DNA of 64,000 nt from Octopus sinensis (Eukaryota): positions 107,632,001-107,696,000 of the forward strand of contig NC_043000.1 in the NCBI RefSeq assembly GCF_006345805.1. Reading direction: 5' to 3'. Under the pieces are notes generated by a model. It searched no databases. It saw only the letters and a list, made by a program, of their open reading frames with translations, and was not told where the DNA came from. A program made the position numbers and the translations under genes. The first letter of the stretch is position 1, and every line of letters starts with the position of its first letter. Shown here one piece after another: positions 13,341 through 28,547 of the stretch.

Positions 13341-13954
13341 ATTTAATTTAGTTTAACAAAGCCTTGTATTTGGAAAATGACGTCAAAGTAGTATATTGTG
13401 TTGGATACCACGTATTTTAGATACAAAACGTAAATAGACTTACATTTAAATTGACCAATTAATATTTATATATATTGAATTATTATAGCCTAATTGCTAT
13501 TTATATTTGTATAGTTTCAGTCGGAACACATCAGCATCATTCTTGTGCAAATTTCGCAGGAAACTGATGTTTATTGATAAATCTATTATTCAGCTTAATT
13601 ACAAATCATTAGTCTCTTCGTCCGTGCGGTATTTGTGGAGGTGGTGCTGATAAATACGTGAAATTAAATGAGTGATGTTTTGGAATGGAGTATGGTGGTG
13701 GTAATGGTGATGATAATGATGAGAAGGAGGATTGGGAGGAGGAGGAGGAGGACAACAAAATGATCACTCCTAACCCGAGAAATCGATAGCTATTCTCTGG
13801 TTTAGAAAATAATAATCGTATTATATTTCGGCAAAATAATGTGTAAATTTCCTAAAATACATATTCACGCGTGCGTTATTTTGAAATATTTTCTATTGAT
13901 ATGAAAGATGATACCTTGTAGACTTATCAAGTGTTTAAAATTACGAAAACAAAT

Positions 13955-14540
13955 CTCTCTGTCTCTCTCTTACTCTCTCTCTCTCTCTCTCGCTTTCTAT
14001 ATGTGTGTGTTTGTGCATGCGCGCGCGTATGTGATGATTGTGTGTGTGTGTGAGTCGAGTGTATATGTGTGTTATGTTCGAAAGTGTCAGAGTGTGTATT
14101 TATGTGTGTAGTTATGTGCGGTATGTGCGTGTATGTAGTGATGTATGGGTTTCAACGATGAATGTAAAGAGAAGCGTGAATGTGTCTTGTTTGTATGTGT
14201 ACACAAGTGTGTGTATCTATATGTGTGTGCATAAGGGTGTGTGTCTATACGTGTGTGTATAGGTGTGTGTGTGTGTCTATATGTGTGTGCATGCGTATGA
14301 AATGTATGTGTGTGTTTTACTGTACGTGCGTGCGTGCGTGTATAAGTCATCAGTTTGTGTACTTACTACATTTTGGAGTGGGTGTTTCTATAATGTGTGT
14401 GTGTGCACGTGAAGTTGTGTGTCGTAAGAGTTGCGTGTTGTGTGAGACGTGCATATGTCCATATGGAATATGCATGTGTGCGCTTCTGCGTGTGTGCATG
14501 TGTGCGTATGTGTTTTATACAGGTGTCTTGTGCGTGTGTG
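13955..14540. repeat. Degenerate (CT)n then (TG)-rich low-complexity tract
   Basis: Direct reading. Confidence 0.85.
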
Positions 14541-14718
14541 TGGTGGCGCAATGGCCCGGTGGTTAGGGCAGCGGACTCGTGGTCGTAGAATCGCGGTTTC
14601 AATTTCCAGACCGGGCTTTGTGAGTGTTTTTTGAGCGAAAACTCCTAAAGCTCCACGAGACTCCGGCAGGGGGTGGTGGCGAACTCTGCTGTGCTCTTTC
14701 ACCAAAGTTTCCTCTCAC
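14541..14718 (+). mobile_element. SINE family C (tRNA-Arg-like head), 3'-truncated
   Basis: ggcgcaatggcccggtggttagggcagcggactcgtggtc...ggtttcaatttcc (A and B boxes), then the body shared with the 42096-42415 and 63745+ copies. Confidence 0.8.
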
Positions 14719-14883
14719 GGGATTTCGCCCGTCGCGACGTTCTGAGTTCAAATTCCGCCAAGGTAGACTTTGTCTTTCATCCTTTTGGAGTAGATAACTT
14801 AAGTATCAGTGAAACACTGGGGTCGATGTAATTGACTTAATCCCCTCATCCAAGCTGCCCTTGTGGCAAATATTTGAAATCAC

Positions 14884-14949
<66 letters not shown>

Positions 14950-15360
14950 ATAGCGAGCAGGCAGAATTGTTATCGTGTCGGACAAAATGCTTAGCTCTGA
15001 ATTAAAATTCCGCCGTGGTCAACATTGTTTTTCATCCTTTTGGGATCGATAAATTAAGTAATATTTGAGCATCGTAGTTGATGTAATCGACTTAGGCCCG
15101 TCCCCCACGCCAAAATCGCTGGCCTTGTGTCAAAATTTGAAGCCTTTATTATTGTTGTTATTATCAATAAAGCAGCTGGCAGAATTGTTAGGGTAGTAGC
15201 ATTTCTTCCCGCTTTTTTACTGTCTGAGCTCATATTTCATTGAGGTCGAATTCGACTTTCATCTTTTCGTAAGAACCAAATAAGCACTGGGGTCGATGTA
15301 ACTGACTAATCCAACCCCTTAAAATTCCTACCCTTGTTCCAAAATTTGGAATAATTATTA
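14719..15360 (+). mobile_element. Cluster of three SINE family A copies separated by (ATT)n tails
   Basis: Three successive B-box and central-domain units at ~14719-14882, ~14950-15146 and ~15168-15355, each ending ...aaatttg(a/g)aa..attatt; perfect (ATT)n at ~14883-14947. Confidence 0.8.
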
Positions 15361-16599
15361 CTATTTTTATATTTTCAAAAAAATATTTTTTTCCAAATAA
15401 ACCATGTTTCCACATCTCGTATTCATTGCTAATATTTAAAAAAATCAATGAATAAAGGCTAAATGACTGTATTGTTAACCTCGACAATATTAGGACGATA
15501 AGGGCTTTCAAGAAATATTGATTTCCCTGCTATCAATCAAATGTGTTGGTGGAGAGCGTATGAACTTGTCGACATTTGAAGCAGGTGTGCGGCCAATCTT
15601 AATCCTTGTTGGCAGCTGCCATTTCCTTTTTCCACATCACCCCCCTTTGCAATACAAACTTGAGTATGCACCCACCTGTGTGTGTGAGTGTGTGTGAGTG
15701 TGTGTGTGTGAGTGTGTGTGTGTTTGCATGCTTGCGTGTATTTGTGTGAGTGTGTCTTAGTTGGTAATTTAGTATCAGTACATCAATTACAAGAGGTCGG
15801 AGACAACTCGTGGCTATGTTAATCAAGTACATGACAAGCAGCTGAAAGGCTGTTCATTCATACACTCTCATAGACACTAGCTTGCGTCTGTAATAAAGAT
15901 TTCTAGGGAGAAAGCCTCTGCATGTGGTAGCTTGACATGCTAGAAATTGCAGCCAAATCTTTCCCGAATCATACTCTCACCGTCAAATTTTCTAAAATAG
16001 GCCTATATACACTGTCATGATTTGTACATTTTAAAACTGTTGAAAGAGATATCCTCTGCGTTATATAATTACAACAATAACAGCAACAACAACAACAACA
16101 ACAGCATTAGCAGCAGCAACAACGATAATGACATTAATAACAAAAGCATCAATATATGCTCATCAACAAGGCAACCTTAGCAGCATTATTGGCCTCTCAG
16201 CAAAGCAATTCAAAAGATCCATATACATAGATCACAATTGGTCTCCTAGACGCGTGAGCCTGGGCAACTGCTCAGTGAGTTCATGCCTTAAGACGGCCTC
16301 ATTGGAATTAATCAGGCATGAATATGTTAGTGGTGAATCTTTGGTCCTTTCTATTTAATGGTTTATAAAGTTTTCAATGAATATTTGTCTCTATAATTAC
16401 TGTTCTTGAAACTTATTCGTGATATAACTTAACTTTTAGCACATCTAATTCATTGCTCTAGTCTATATATAATATATACTGTCAATAATCATAAGAGTAT
16501 GCTTAATATGGAAGACGCCACTAATCAAATAGCACAAACAGTAACTTCAGTGAAGGACAGGGAATCTGTGCAGTTAGAATATAACAATAGAATTTGTAG

Positions 16600-17400
16600 A
16601 AACAAAAAGAAGAGTGCAGATTTACTTGAATATGTGCCAAATAAAAATCGGGTGAGATTAGCTTTCTGTAATAGCGAAAATCTAGGACAAATTATAGCTG
16701 CACACAACGAAAGTAAATTTTAAAGTGTCTATATGAGAAGTAGCAATAATAGTATTCAGAATTATAATTATAGATCAATAAACAGCAACATGAGCGAACA
16801 AACCGTGGGTGACACAGCTGGGTATCAGGATAGGTCTTTGGTTTGACAACAAATGAAGTTGAAGAAACCCAAGAGAGCCCCACAGTTGATCTGGAAGTAG
16901 TAGATATGGATCCTAGAGGGAAATGTACTCAGAGTGTTATCTCTGTGAAGAGGACTAATAGCTTAGAAGATAGACAGGAGAATATAAAAATTGCATCTAG
17001 AGTAGGTGAAGTGGGTGATAGTGATGGAAGTACTAGAACTTTTAGTTGCGATTGTGCAAGATACGGGGTCTGTCCACTTGGCGCTAGTTCTAAATATAAA
17101 AATGTCGTATACAGATGTGAAATTACCTTAGAGTATAGAGAATATTTCAATATAGGAGCTAGCTCCTATTAAGCAGAGAATTGCCAATCATTTAAGTTCG
17201 TTTAGAAAAAGGGACAAAATGAATACTTCCAGCCTTAGTAAGCTAATTTGGGCACTTAAAGATAATAACAAAGTATTATCGATTGCCTGGAAAATCATTA
17301 GTAAAGCAAAATTTATAAAATAGGCGATAATAGATGGAAAACTTTGTTTGGAGTAAATATACCAAATTTTCTTTTCTAAATATACTATTATAAACACTAG
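16600..17400 (+). mobile_element. Penelope-like element, linker + GIY-YIG endonuclease remnant
   Basis: NKNRVRLAFCNSENLGQIIAAHN; CDC..GVCPLG...KNVVYRCEIT..YFNIG; SSFRKRDKMNTSSLSKLIWALK...IAWKIISKA...LCLE. Confidence 0.75.
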
Positions 17401-17550
17401 ACAGGGACAGGCTATGAGGTATCCACATTGGATTAAATATACGTTTAAACGATTTAAAGAAACATAAATTACCTTCTATAGTGATTATACTAGTTAACAT
17501 AATGACTGTGATAATTAATGATATTTTTGCAAATAATACTAAAATAATTT

Positions 17551-17647
<97 letters not shown>

Positions 17648-17648
17648 T
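17551..17648. repeat. (TAG)n(TAA)n microsatellite
   Basis: Direct reading. Confidence 0.95.
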
Positions 17649-18306
17649 GAGGGTATAAACCCAAGCATAAATGAATTATCTCTGAATAAATAATGTACTC
17701 CATACAGTAAAATGTAAACGAAACTGCTACAATTGATTGTAATATGAATGAACACTTTATAAACCACGATTCAACTGTAATAGCATTAGAAGTGATTATA
17801 AGACCAGAATTCAACGTGATTTAACCTTCAACTGAATACTAACGCAGGAGGCATGTTTGAATTAGTTCACTTTGAAAACGTCTTAAGTGATTAACCCTTG
17901 ATAAAATTGCAGCGAATAGGATGCATAATTACATACGGAGCAATGTTGCTGCAACTGAAACACATGTTGGTCGTTGTTATATATGTTGTTGAAATCTTAT
18001 TTAATAAAGAGTTTTGGATGTGAATAAATCTCCTCTCTTCTCTACGTTTTCAAGTTTATACAGATATGTGTGTATAGAGAGAGGGGAGTAGAGGAGGAGG
18101 AGACACATGGGATAAAGAGACACTGAAGAGGTCATAATATGTGTAACCAAAGATTTCAGAGAAAGGACACAAAAAATAGGAATAAAAATAAAACTGAAGT
18201 GCGGAACAAGTAAATATCGTGTGATTAATTAGCAAAAAAGGATGACCAATATCTGCTTCAAGACAAGATATCACATCAGGAATCTTGCAAAGCAAATACA
18301 TAAACG

Positions 18307-18385
<79 letters not shown>

Positions 18386-18539
18386 ACATTTTATATTTAT
18401 ATATTTTATATGTAAAGCATATGTTATACATGTATGTATATTCTCGTAATTTTCATTTTAGTAAATAAATAAATAACTTGACATAATATAATGTCTAAAA
18501 GTTGATGAACCACCAATTGATCCCCTCCATTCTCTTATT

Positions 18540-18910
<371 letters not shown>

Positions 18911-19469
18911 ACACAAGCACTGTATAATCTATTATATGTAGGGAAAACTATGTTTCTTGACCTTGAACAAGATGATGTCCAAAGAGTATAGGTCAGTAGC
19001 TTTCATTCCTTTTAACTTGATGTCGCACTGGAGATCAAATAGATGTATAATAATTACTGACTTTAATACGTATGAAAAGTTAAAAATCAAAAGAGCTTAA
19101 AGAACTGAACTCCACATAGACATTACAATGCATTACTGTGGGTTAAATAATAATGAAATTTCTATTTAACTCTATCTTCGGTAACAAGAGAAAGTGGGTC
19201 CATTTTGTGGTCATTTCAATTTTCCTGATTTACGTTCTGTGGGGAATAAAGCAAATAAAAGTTTTAGTTATGAACTCAGAAAATGATATTGAAATCCCCC
19301 CTCTCTCTTTCTATGTGTATCCAAATTTACCTCGAATCAAAACTATTGTTTTAAAAATAAAGAGACATCAAATATTGTCTCTAAATGCTATTTTTGATAT
19401 AGAGAAACGATATCTTTTCTTTTGTACTTGTTTCAATCATTAGGCTGCGGCTAAGGGATGAGGGAACAA

Positions 19470-19653
19470 GTACAGACACAAAGACACACACACACATACA
19501 CACACACACACACACACTCATCTACTCACAAAGCTTTAGTTGGCACAAGGCTATAATAGAAGATACTTTCCCATGATGCCACGCAGTGGGGACTGAACCT
19601 GGAACCATGTGCTTGGGAAGCAAACTTCTTACCACACAGCCACGCCTGCGCCT
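19470..19653 (-). mobile_element. SINE family B, 5' half
   Basis: Reverse complement of aggcgcaggcgtggctgtgtggtaagaagtttgcttccc..ggttcagtcccactgcgtggc, ending in the internal (TG)n. Confidence 0.85.
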
Positions 19654-20689
19654 AAGGATTAGAACGTCTTTGATTAGGGGGTTAGTTGACCAACGCCCAC
19701 TTACAGTGAATAGCGAGTTCTTTTATCAACCAATTGATAAAAAAATCAGTCGGTCTCTACGTGATTTCAGCTTAAAACATAAACTTGACTAAGATTCGTA
19801 TAGTCCATCACATTGCCATTTATTCACTCCGCCTTCCTGTGTTAATGTGTTAAATATGGCTTCTGCAGATATAAAATGATTAATATTAAGTTTCCTCAGT
19901 TTAATGATTTAGGAGAATGTATTTTGTTATAAGTTTGCAGGCTTCAGTTATGATTGTATGAAAGAAATCATGCTGTTGTTCTCTAGCCCCAGGTTAGCCC
20001 TGATTGAGTAAACTTTGGATCAAAAGTATTTAAACCAGAACCATTCTAAGGTTATATTGTCAAATATGTTCCATTTGTAAGATGAGAACATGTGATTTCA
20101 GGTAATTTGGCAACTATTTTTACAACATTTAGTTCTTGCACGAAAAAATTAAATATGATAAAACACGGGTCATTATCAAAGGAAATCAGGACTTCTTATT
20201 CGTTGAATATTGAAAGGCAACTTGAATTAAGCCACCTCAATATCTGTCACTGAGGGAAAAAGCTCTCGTATACCGCATTACATCGCGATAATTCTAACTA
20301 TAACTAACTAACAAGACCGATAAAATGAATAAACTTCAATACATATAGGACAGGAATGTCAGACATAGGATCCGTGGTAATGTTTAGCCCGACCCAAGAC
20401 ACGATTTTATATAAAACAACATTTTAATATATTTTGATTTTAAAAATTCTATAAAATATATATCATGAGGAATGCGTTCGGAGTCGAAACGCAATAATAG
20501 TCATGTGTAACATGTTTCTGTTTTGTTAAATTAGCACGTTTCTAGCGATATGGATCACAGTTCAGGTAAAACAGTTGATATTTCTCTCAATCACTGCTCT
20601 TCTCAAGAATTCTATGCATTTATTGGAATAATTTCTATCTTCGTTTTCTCACTCTAACATTCTAACGAGTCTTAATAACAAGGAACATA

Positions 20690-20970
20690 TATATATGTAT
20701 TTCGTTTTTGGATTTGGTTTGCAAGATTCTTTATGTGAGTTCGTGTGTTGAAAGCGTATTCTGTTGTGTCTAGGATGAGTCATTTTCTGTTTGTGCCTTA
20801 TAATTTAACACACTCACCGGTAATAGTCTTGACTATTAAAAACGTTGCAAGACGAAACGAAATTTTTAGGAAAATAAAAATAAGAAATAAGTGGAAATTT
20901 TACCGGTGAGTGTGTTAAATTATAAGGCACAAAAAGAAAATGACTCTCCGCAGACACAACAGAATATATA
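20690..20970. mobile_element. Fold-back element: 67-bp inverted arms (20757-20823 / 20900-20966) between TA-rich flanks; probable PLE terminus with an inverted segment
   Basis: Arms read directly at roughly 90% identity; 76-bp spacer. PLE assignment inferred from architecture. Confidence 0.6.
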
Positions 20971-22312
20971 TATGTATATATAGGGAAAATAGAAGTTGAA
21001 AATGCACTGAGAACAGTTAAGATATTTTTTTATTATTATATTTAAAGATTTAACTGGTTTCACAGTTTACACTGATTTAAAAAAATCGAAATAGAAAGAC
21101 GTGGCTTATGTCGCAACTATCTTGCTTCTGACTAGTGTTTGAAGCTTGCCCTGTTTTTATAGGGACTTCAGGACTCAAATTAATATATGTTTTGAATAGG
21201 ACTTGATTGATAGAGGATAGTTACATGACTGGACTTAGAAATTTTTGTAGGTTCCCCGCTGCGTTCGTGTGGCGAAAGAATGTATCTGGTGGACGCGTCT
21301 GAAAGGATAAGAGACAAACACTTTCCTCTCTGGTCAATCTCTCATCAACTTTTTCAAGTATCACTTGAAAAGGAAGGTGAGAGTAGAGAGGGAAGTTTTG
21401 TCTAGAAACTGTTTCAAAAGAAGATGGGTAAATGTAGCAAGGATGGCACGTATGAATGACGAAGCCACCTTGAGCATGATCCTATGAACCGTAAAAATTT
21501 AAAACAGAGAGTTACATATCTGTAAATAAATATGTTATAATGTGACGTAATTGCCCGAGGTTACTGTGGTCTTTTCGTAGGTTTTTCTTTCCACAGATAA
21601 ACCTCCCCATTTCTTGGGAACTTTTTGTACTATTTCGACATGCTTTGCATATATCCCCAACCAATTCGATCCATTTTGATTGTTGTCCCTATTTTTTTTT
21701 TACTTGTTTTCGCCCCACCTCGAAAAGAAAAACTCTACATTGTAATTGTCCCCTCTGTGTCTAGCCATGTGTGGCTAATAAAGAAATTTATCAAGTAACA
21801 ATGTTTGGCGTTGTAAGTTAAGGCTAACACGTTTGACTGTCACGTGTTTGTAGAGAATGAACACGTGATTAACTTTACAAACCTTTGCACGTTCCCCGCT
21901 ACGTATGTGCGTTAGTGTCACGTGACATTATATTTTGCGCCTAAAATGAAGGCCAACACAGCTGAGTGAACATGTTTAGCCACAATCAAGGCCCTGTAAG
22001 AATAAAATAATCTCTCTTACGTCATCAGTCTTGCTGAACTTCCGAAGTATTCATAATAAATGAAGTGATTATTAATTGGTAGTACGTGTCAACTGAGAAA
22101 CATTTATGATTGCTGCTTTAACATTTGGTAATAAATACTGTTACGACAAATAAAAAATATATATATTAAGCACACAGTCTGCATAATGATTTATGGTCTA
22201 TTGTACAATATTAACTAACACAGCCACGGGATAATGGAAAACTGCATTTACAGCGATATCAACCGATAATCAAATTGCACACATACATACGCCACACGTA
22301 TACATATAGACA

Positions 22313-23208
22313 TACGAGGTGCGTTCCAGAATTTTTGAGACTTTCTGTTTTGTAGAAGCAGTTATAGAAACAGTTATAGCTGTGCTAGGTTCTTGTTATT
22401 GTAGTATATCATTGCATACGTTTACTAAGCTAACCGGCCAACATGTTTTTCTGTCTCGGATTGAAGGAGACATCTGTAACAGTGTTTTGAACACAACCTA
22501 CTAGACACAGCTTGTCATAGTTGACCACTTTGCAGAATGCGGCAGAGACGTTTGGAAGCTCGTTATGCAATAAAATAAAACTGGGCAAAAACAGTACAGA
22601 ATCTTATGAAATGCTAAAGACTGCTTGAGCAGTCTCAAATGCTCCAGACTTGTTTGAGCCGAGTATCTGTGTTTCGCTGTCAAAAGAGGCCAGGCATGGC
22701 AAGGCGACTAGGAAGTGTATGAGTATTCCATTTTTCGACAGCAAGAAAACCCTCTATATAAACTGGCTTTCCTCTGGTAAGTCGGGCAACAAAGAATACT
22801 CTATAGAGGTTTTGAATGGGTTCAGGAAGAGATTTCGTCGCAAAAGGCCAGCTGCTTGCGGTAGTATAATGCACAAGTCCACAACTCCATGCTTGTAACT
22901 AAATACTTGACAGAGAAGAACATTAAAATTTCTCTTACCCTCCCTACAGAACAGATCTTGCACCCTGTGATTTGGGTTGTTCTTTAAGCTGAAAGGAGAA
23001 GATGTAAAAGGCTGTGACAACAGTTCTACACACCTTCAATTTGGCCAACTTCCATGGTGGTCTTCTGGAAACAGCTGGAGAGCTACAACAAATTCATTGA
23101 AGTAAGAGCATTCTACTTTGACGGAGATTAGAGTTTTGTACTTATTCGAAATTAATAAATGTTTCTCCTGAAAATGTTTCAAAACTTCTGGAATGTAGCT
23201 TATTCGTA
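22313..23208 (+). mobile_element. Decayed mariner (Tc1/mariner) transposon with internal deletions
   Basis: Left TIR tacgaggtgcgttccagaatttttg; degenerate right TIR caaaacttctggaatg...ttcgta. Transposase remnants IKLGKNSTESYEMLKTA, NKEYSIEVL...RRKRP, PYRTDLAPCD..FFKLK. Confidence 0.8.
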
Positions 23209-23744
23209 CATTTTAATTAAAACAGTCCCACAAAAAGCATTTAATTTCGTTGGAGATTATCATAAGGAATAAATATTTGCAGCGTAAAATGCATTTCTAG
23301 AAATACTGTCAGAGCCATCAGTTCTAAGAAAATGTGTTAGTGGATTAGATCAACCTCAGGACGAGATTCGCACTCTATTTTGTTTCTATTGATCCTGGAA
23401 GGATGAAAGTCAACAAGTAATGGCGGTGGGATTTGCAGCACAAACTACAACAATGTAAACAGTGGAAACAAATAGCGCAAAGTTTTTTTTACATACTTTC
23501 GAATCTATCATTACACTAGCTTAGTATTTAAGCAAATAATAAACGAGGATGAGGATGATAGAATTAGGGAAAGGAGAGAAAGAATGCAAATGAGTATATG
23601 ATGGTAGAACATAAAATGGTAGAACAATGCTAATGAGAATTGTATCTGTGATAGAATAAGAGAAAATATTAAATGAATTGGAAAGAATATACATGGATTC
23701 AGTAATAGGTACGTGATGGTAGTTCAAATGTTGTCGTCGATGTT

Positions 23745-23783
<39 letters not shown>

Positions 23784-23784
<1 letters not shown>

Positions 23785-24260
23785 AAAAGATGGTCTACAG
23801 CAAATATTCTGCTCAATACCACAGATTTGCTTGTCAGTTGTTTGACCTCAACCAATTGACCATGTCCCTTAGTGGCATATGTGCATCTCTGATCACAAGC
23901 AGAAGTAGTGGGGGAGCGTCATAGCCGTGTGTTGAAAGAAATTCTTAGAGGTTTGGATAATTCACCTTTGGAAACATAGGTTTCAAAACCCTTAAACAAT
24001 CTTTATTCAGGGACCTTTTGAGTGGGATGGGCTACTCGACCAGAAGAAAATTCAAACCGGGCCCCCCTTGCAAGGTCATGCGTTGTTTATCTTAATATGA
24101 GATCACCATGTCGCGCAAATTTGGTTGTAATGCAATGTACCTGGTGTACCCTTATCAGACGGGTAGTCATGATGGGTATACTGGGCTTCGTATACTTTAC
24201 CCAAGTGTCACTTTGATGGCATGCACTGCTCTCTCAATCAATAATAATAATAATAATCAT
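23784..24260 (+). mobile_element. Probable 3' UTR/terminal fragment of a non-LTR retroelement between (GAT)n and an (AAT)n tail
   Basis: Non-coding, GC-richer block bounded by (GAT)n at ~23749-23783 and ending ctgctctctcaatc-(aat)n. Confidence 0.4.
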
Positions 24261-24878
24261 AATATGATGATGATGTTGATGATGATGACGCTGATGATGA
24301 TGATGCTGATGTTGATGAGGGGGAAGAGAATAAGGAGAAGGAGGATGAGGAGGAGAAAAATTAGAAGAATGATATTGAAGAGGTTGAGTGATAAAATACT
24401 GATTGATTAAGCAAAGCCATGTGAGGAACTATGGCAGATTAATGACTCCTTAAGGTTATATTTTATATGGCTGAGCAGGTATGACGTTCTCATTGAAGCC
24501 ATCTGTGTGTTTGGTACCTCCCGTCCAAGATCTAGTGGTTCGTGAGAAGCTGGCCAATAGAGTACGAAGCAGATTCAAAACAAATCGATTTGTTCCACTA
24601 AAACCTCGAGGGTAGTGTGCCAGCATAGCCGTAGTACACAGACTGAAACAACTGAAACACTACAATAACTATAACAATATACACACATATATGCAATAAA
24701 AGTCGCTTAGTTTGATCACTTAGGCACGAAGTCTTTTTGATCACAATAACCCTGATAAACGTTATCGACTAAAAGTGTGTCTGTGTACGTGTTTGTCGAC
24801 ATATATGTGTGTGCGTGTGTGTATGTGTGTGTGTGTTCATGTGTGTATATATGTGTATGTAAATTGTATGTATATATA

Positions 24879-25213
24879 CAGCGGCGGCCAGGCCAGGTTG
24901 CCAGCTTGTCCGATGGCAAGTGGGTCCCTACGCCATTAGAATCCATATATGGTGGTCCATGTTTGTATCTAAGGGGCCCATCCCCTCAATTTTGAGAATT
25001 TTTTATTCACTCCTGGAAGAATGCCTCAATTATTACAGCCTGACTGTGTTTCTAGATAGTTGAAAACAATACTTTTAACAAAAACAAAAGAAAAAAATTA
25101 AATGAGAGCATTGTAGTTGCAGGTACCCCCTTTGTAGCTGCGGGTGGGCTCCTTTGTAGTTGCGGGTAGTCCCCCTTAGTCTCCTGGCAACCAATAGTTT
25201 AGACGTAGTCCAC

Positions 25214-25218
<5 letters not shown>
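24879..25218. mobile_element. Possible MITE with CAG(T/C)GGCGG...CC(G/A)CCACT(G/A)-type ends
   Basis: Short imperfect TIRs, GC-rich subterminal motifs, TA-repeat flanks. Confidence 0.3.
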
Positions 25219-25257
<39 letters not shown>

Positions 25258-26542
25258 TGTATGTATGTATAGTCCTGGTTATTAAATGTTCGAGTACTGC
25301 GGCAGGCCATTGTTCTTTTGTTAGGCGTCTTGTCATTAGCCATCAAAATTCGAATACTGTGTAAAAAGCAGTTTGTTTATACTGTTTCTTTACAAAGACA
25401 TAATGCAGTATAATTTCCTGTTTCAGTTTTGTCTCATGTTTTTTTAGCGAATGTATCACTTTCATTTAGACATCAAATATTTATTAAGATATTCTTTCAT
25501 ACAAAGTGCATTGACTTGCTGTTATATCATAAACCGTGTAACGTTTCGGACTGTACTATTGAATGTCGTGTTAAACATAAGTTTACTGTATTTTTTCAAA
25601 CACTCTACCTATTATCATGAAGTGTAAACGAGTGAATTCTGATATTACGTACATGTAGTGCAACATCTAAAGAAGAAGAAAATTTTAAATTCATAGGATT
25701 GGAATAGAAATCAGCAATAATTATCAAGCTTAAAAGTAGTGTTATCAAAAGCTGAATTAGTCCTAGAAAGCCTATAATATCGGTGAATCAAGTGTGCAAT
25801 ATTATTCGTAACAGGGAGGTTTATAAAGGACAGGGACAGAGTGTCACACCACATTTGAATTTCCAAACAAGAAACCGGAGTGATGTAATGATTGAAGATG
25901 AAGATCTTTTGTTAACATAGATCGAAGATTGCAATAAAATACTTATTGCAACATTTGTGCAGCTTCTTATTCTCGATACAGAAAGATTAAAAGATCAAAC
26001 ACTCACAAATTTAGAAAATCCAAGACTATGATGTTCAATTTCTTACATATGGTTTGTAATGATTACTTGAATATATATCGAGGTAAGTGCTGAGAATTAA
26101 TGCAATTATGTCGTAGTTTTTATTGTTTTTTATAAGGCAGAATATTCAGCCTTCTATTGTATTAAAATACTAACGATGGTTTCCTGTGGTGTATCAAATC
26201 TGTAGAAAGGAGATGGTAAGCGTATTTGTGCAATAGAAAGAGAAAGACTGCGATACAAAGAGAGCGTGAGTGATAGAGAGAGAGTGTGTGTGAAAGAGAG
26301 AGTGAGTAAATGGGAAAGATAGATAGATAGAGATTGAGATAGAGAAAGAGAGAGATTGAAACGAACGATATTGGTATGTGCACACATGTCAGATAAACGC
26401 TATTAACGTTGTTAGATAGTATTATTAAAGTAATGCGGCTAGATGTTGTTCCAGTCATTTGCAAAATCTATTTAATGCACACACACATACACCCATGCAC
26501 ACACATGTATACACACACATGTATACACACACACACACACAC

Positions 26543-26618
<76 letters not shown>

Positions 26619-26899
26619 TGAAAGCAGAACATTAAAATGTCAATTTGATCTTTAATACTTGGTTGCTGTTTCTCATTAAACCGTGGAATATCAACAGGGA
26701 GTATTAGTACTTTATATTTACCTATAGAGATAAATTGCATGCCTGTAACAGATTCAAAGACCGATCATCTTCAAATCAAGGGCTACCAGCATGCTTTCAG
26801 CAGTTCAATTAAAGGGGAAATAAACAAGAGCAAACAAAAAACATAAATTCTGTATACTTTAATGCTGTTAAAAACAATTTTGGAATCTATACTGTTAGG

Positions 26900-27400
26900 G
26901 ATAGTAGATGAAAATGTAAGTGCGGACGATACTGCTGCAATTAGATATTGTACTGAAGTTTTAAATAAATATTAAAGCATGTTGTTATGTGATATTGACA
27001 AAACAGGGTTATTAGGGAAACGATTCATCAATACAAGTGATATGGCGTAGGAAAGAACATTGAAACCGAGGTTGGAAAGGACTAATGAATAAGTGGAATT
27101 GCATGATGTGGATGTAAATGATAAAGACGTTTTAAATTAAGAGCAGCGAAGGGCATATTGTAAATATGATGGCAAAAAGGGATCAGAGAAAACTTGAGAC
27201 GCGAGCCAAAGGATATCCAATTAAAGAACTGAAGGCAATAATTCTAAAATGTTACAAAATGCAAAGCAAATTATAACGAAGGCTGATCCAATTTGTTGAG
27301 AAGGAGTTATAGAAGTTTGGAAAGAAAGAAGAAATACTTTCTACTGCAATGGGTCATGCATAAAGGGGAAGATCAATAACAAACTTCAAAGCAAACATCG
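26900..27400 (+). mobile_element. Fossil pogo/Tigger-like transposase fragment
   Basis: DKTGLLGKRF resembles DETGLFWKR; heavily mutated. Confidence 0.35.
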
Positions 27401-28248
27401 CTTTTATAGTACTTGAACAACGTTTTCCGCATGTCTTTAATAATACTAAAAAGCTCAAAACTTTATCCAATCCATTATTTGCGTTTGTATTTATATCAGT
27501 TCTCATACAACAAAGTAACTAGTTAGAAAATCTCAATAAGAGAGGAAAGTAGTAATTATACTGAGAAATGATGCTTATCGCCACATCAATATGGCTGTTC
27601 GACGTTACTACCATTTTAACAAGTAGGGTTTGTCAAAAATTAAAAGTGTAAATTTTCAAAGCCTAGCCGTCATTCGACAATTTTACTTTACACTTCGGTA
27701 CTTAAATTTTGTAGTGTTCTTTAGTCACTTTTGCCACCGTGTATTGGAAGCAGGGTACTCGAACGCACGCGCGTGTAAAATTCGAAATGGTGCATGGAAA
27801 CAATAAACGGCAAAGGACGAATTAGATATGGTCAGCCATGGAGACCAGAATCTGCACGATCTCGGCACATATAAATTCTGAAGTCTTTGCATTCTATGGA
27901 ACTATTTCTCAGACTGCGCCAATAAAATTTCATATCGCTGAGTTTATAGGCGTTACGTTACACAAATAAGACTAACAATGTACGTAACAACGAAATGCAA
28001 GGGGAAAGGAAAATTGTATACATGTACACACACACACCACACACACACACACCACACACACACACACATGCATACATACACGGAAGTATATATAAATATA
28101 TATATTCTTTTATTCTTTGATTTTTTTTCACGCTTTGGACTGCGGCCATGCTGGGGCACCACCTTGAAGAATTTAAGTCGAACGAATCGTCCACATCACA
28201 TTTTTAAAATCTGGTACTTTTCCTATCGGTTTATATGTTACAGAGTCG

Positions 28249-28277
<29 letters not shown>

Positions 28278-28279
<2 letters not shown>

Positions 28280-28547
28280 AATAATTACTGAGAAGCTTTG
28301 TGTAGAATATATTGTATAAAAGGTCATGGGTAAGGCCAAAACAATGCGGAGTAAATGCAAGGTAAATCACAAGAAATCAAATATGTGGATTACACTCACA
28401 TCAGCAACATTCGTCAATTTCTTGAGGATGGGATCATAAGCCCGAAATATTGAATACAAGTAAGTCTACATTAATTCACATATTTGTTTTCTCGTAATTT
28501 ACCTTGCATTTACTTCGCATTGTTTTGGACTTACCCAGGATCTTTTA

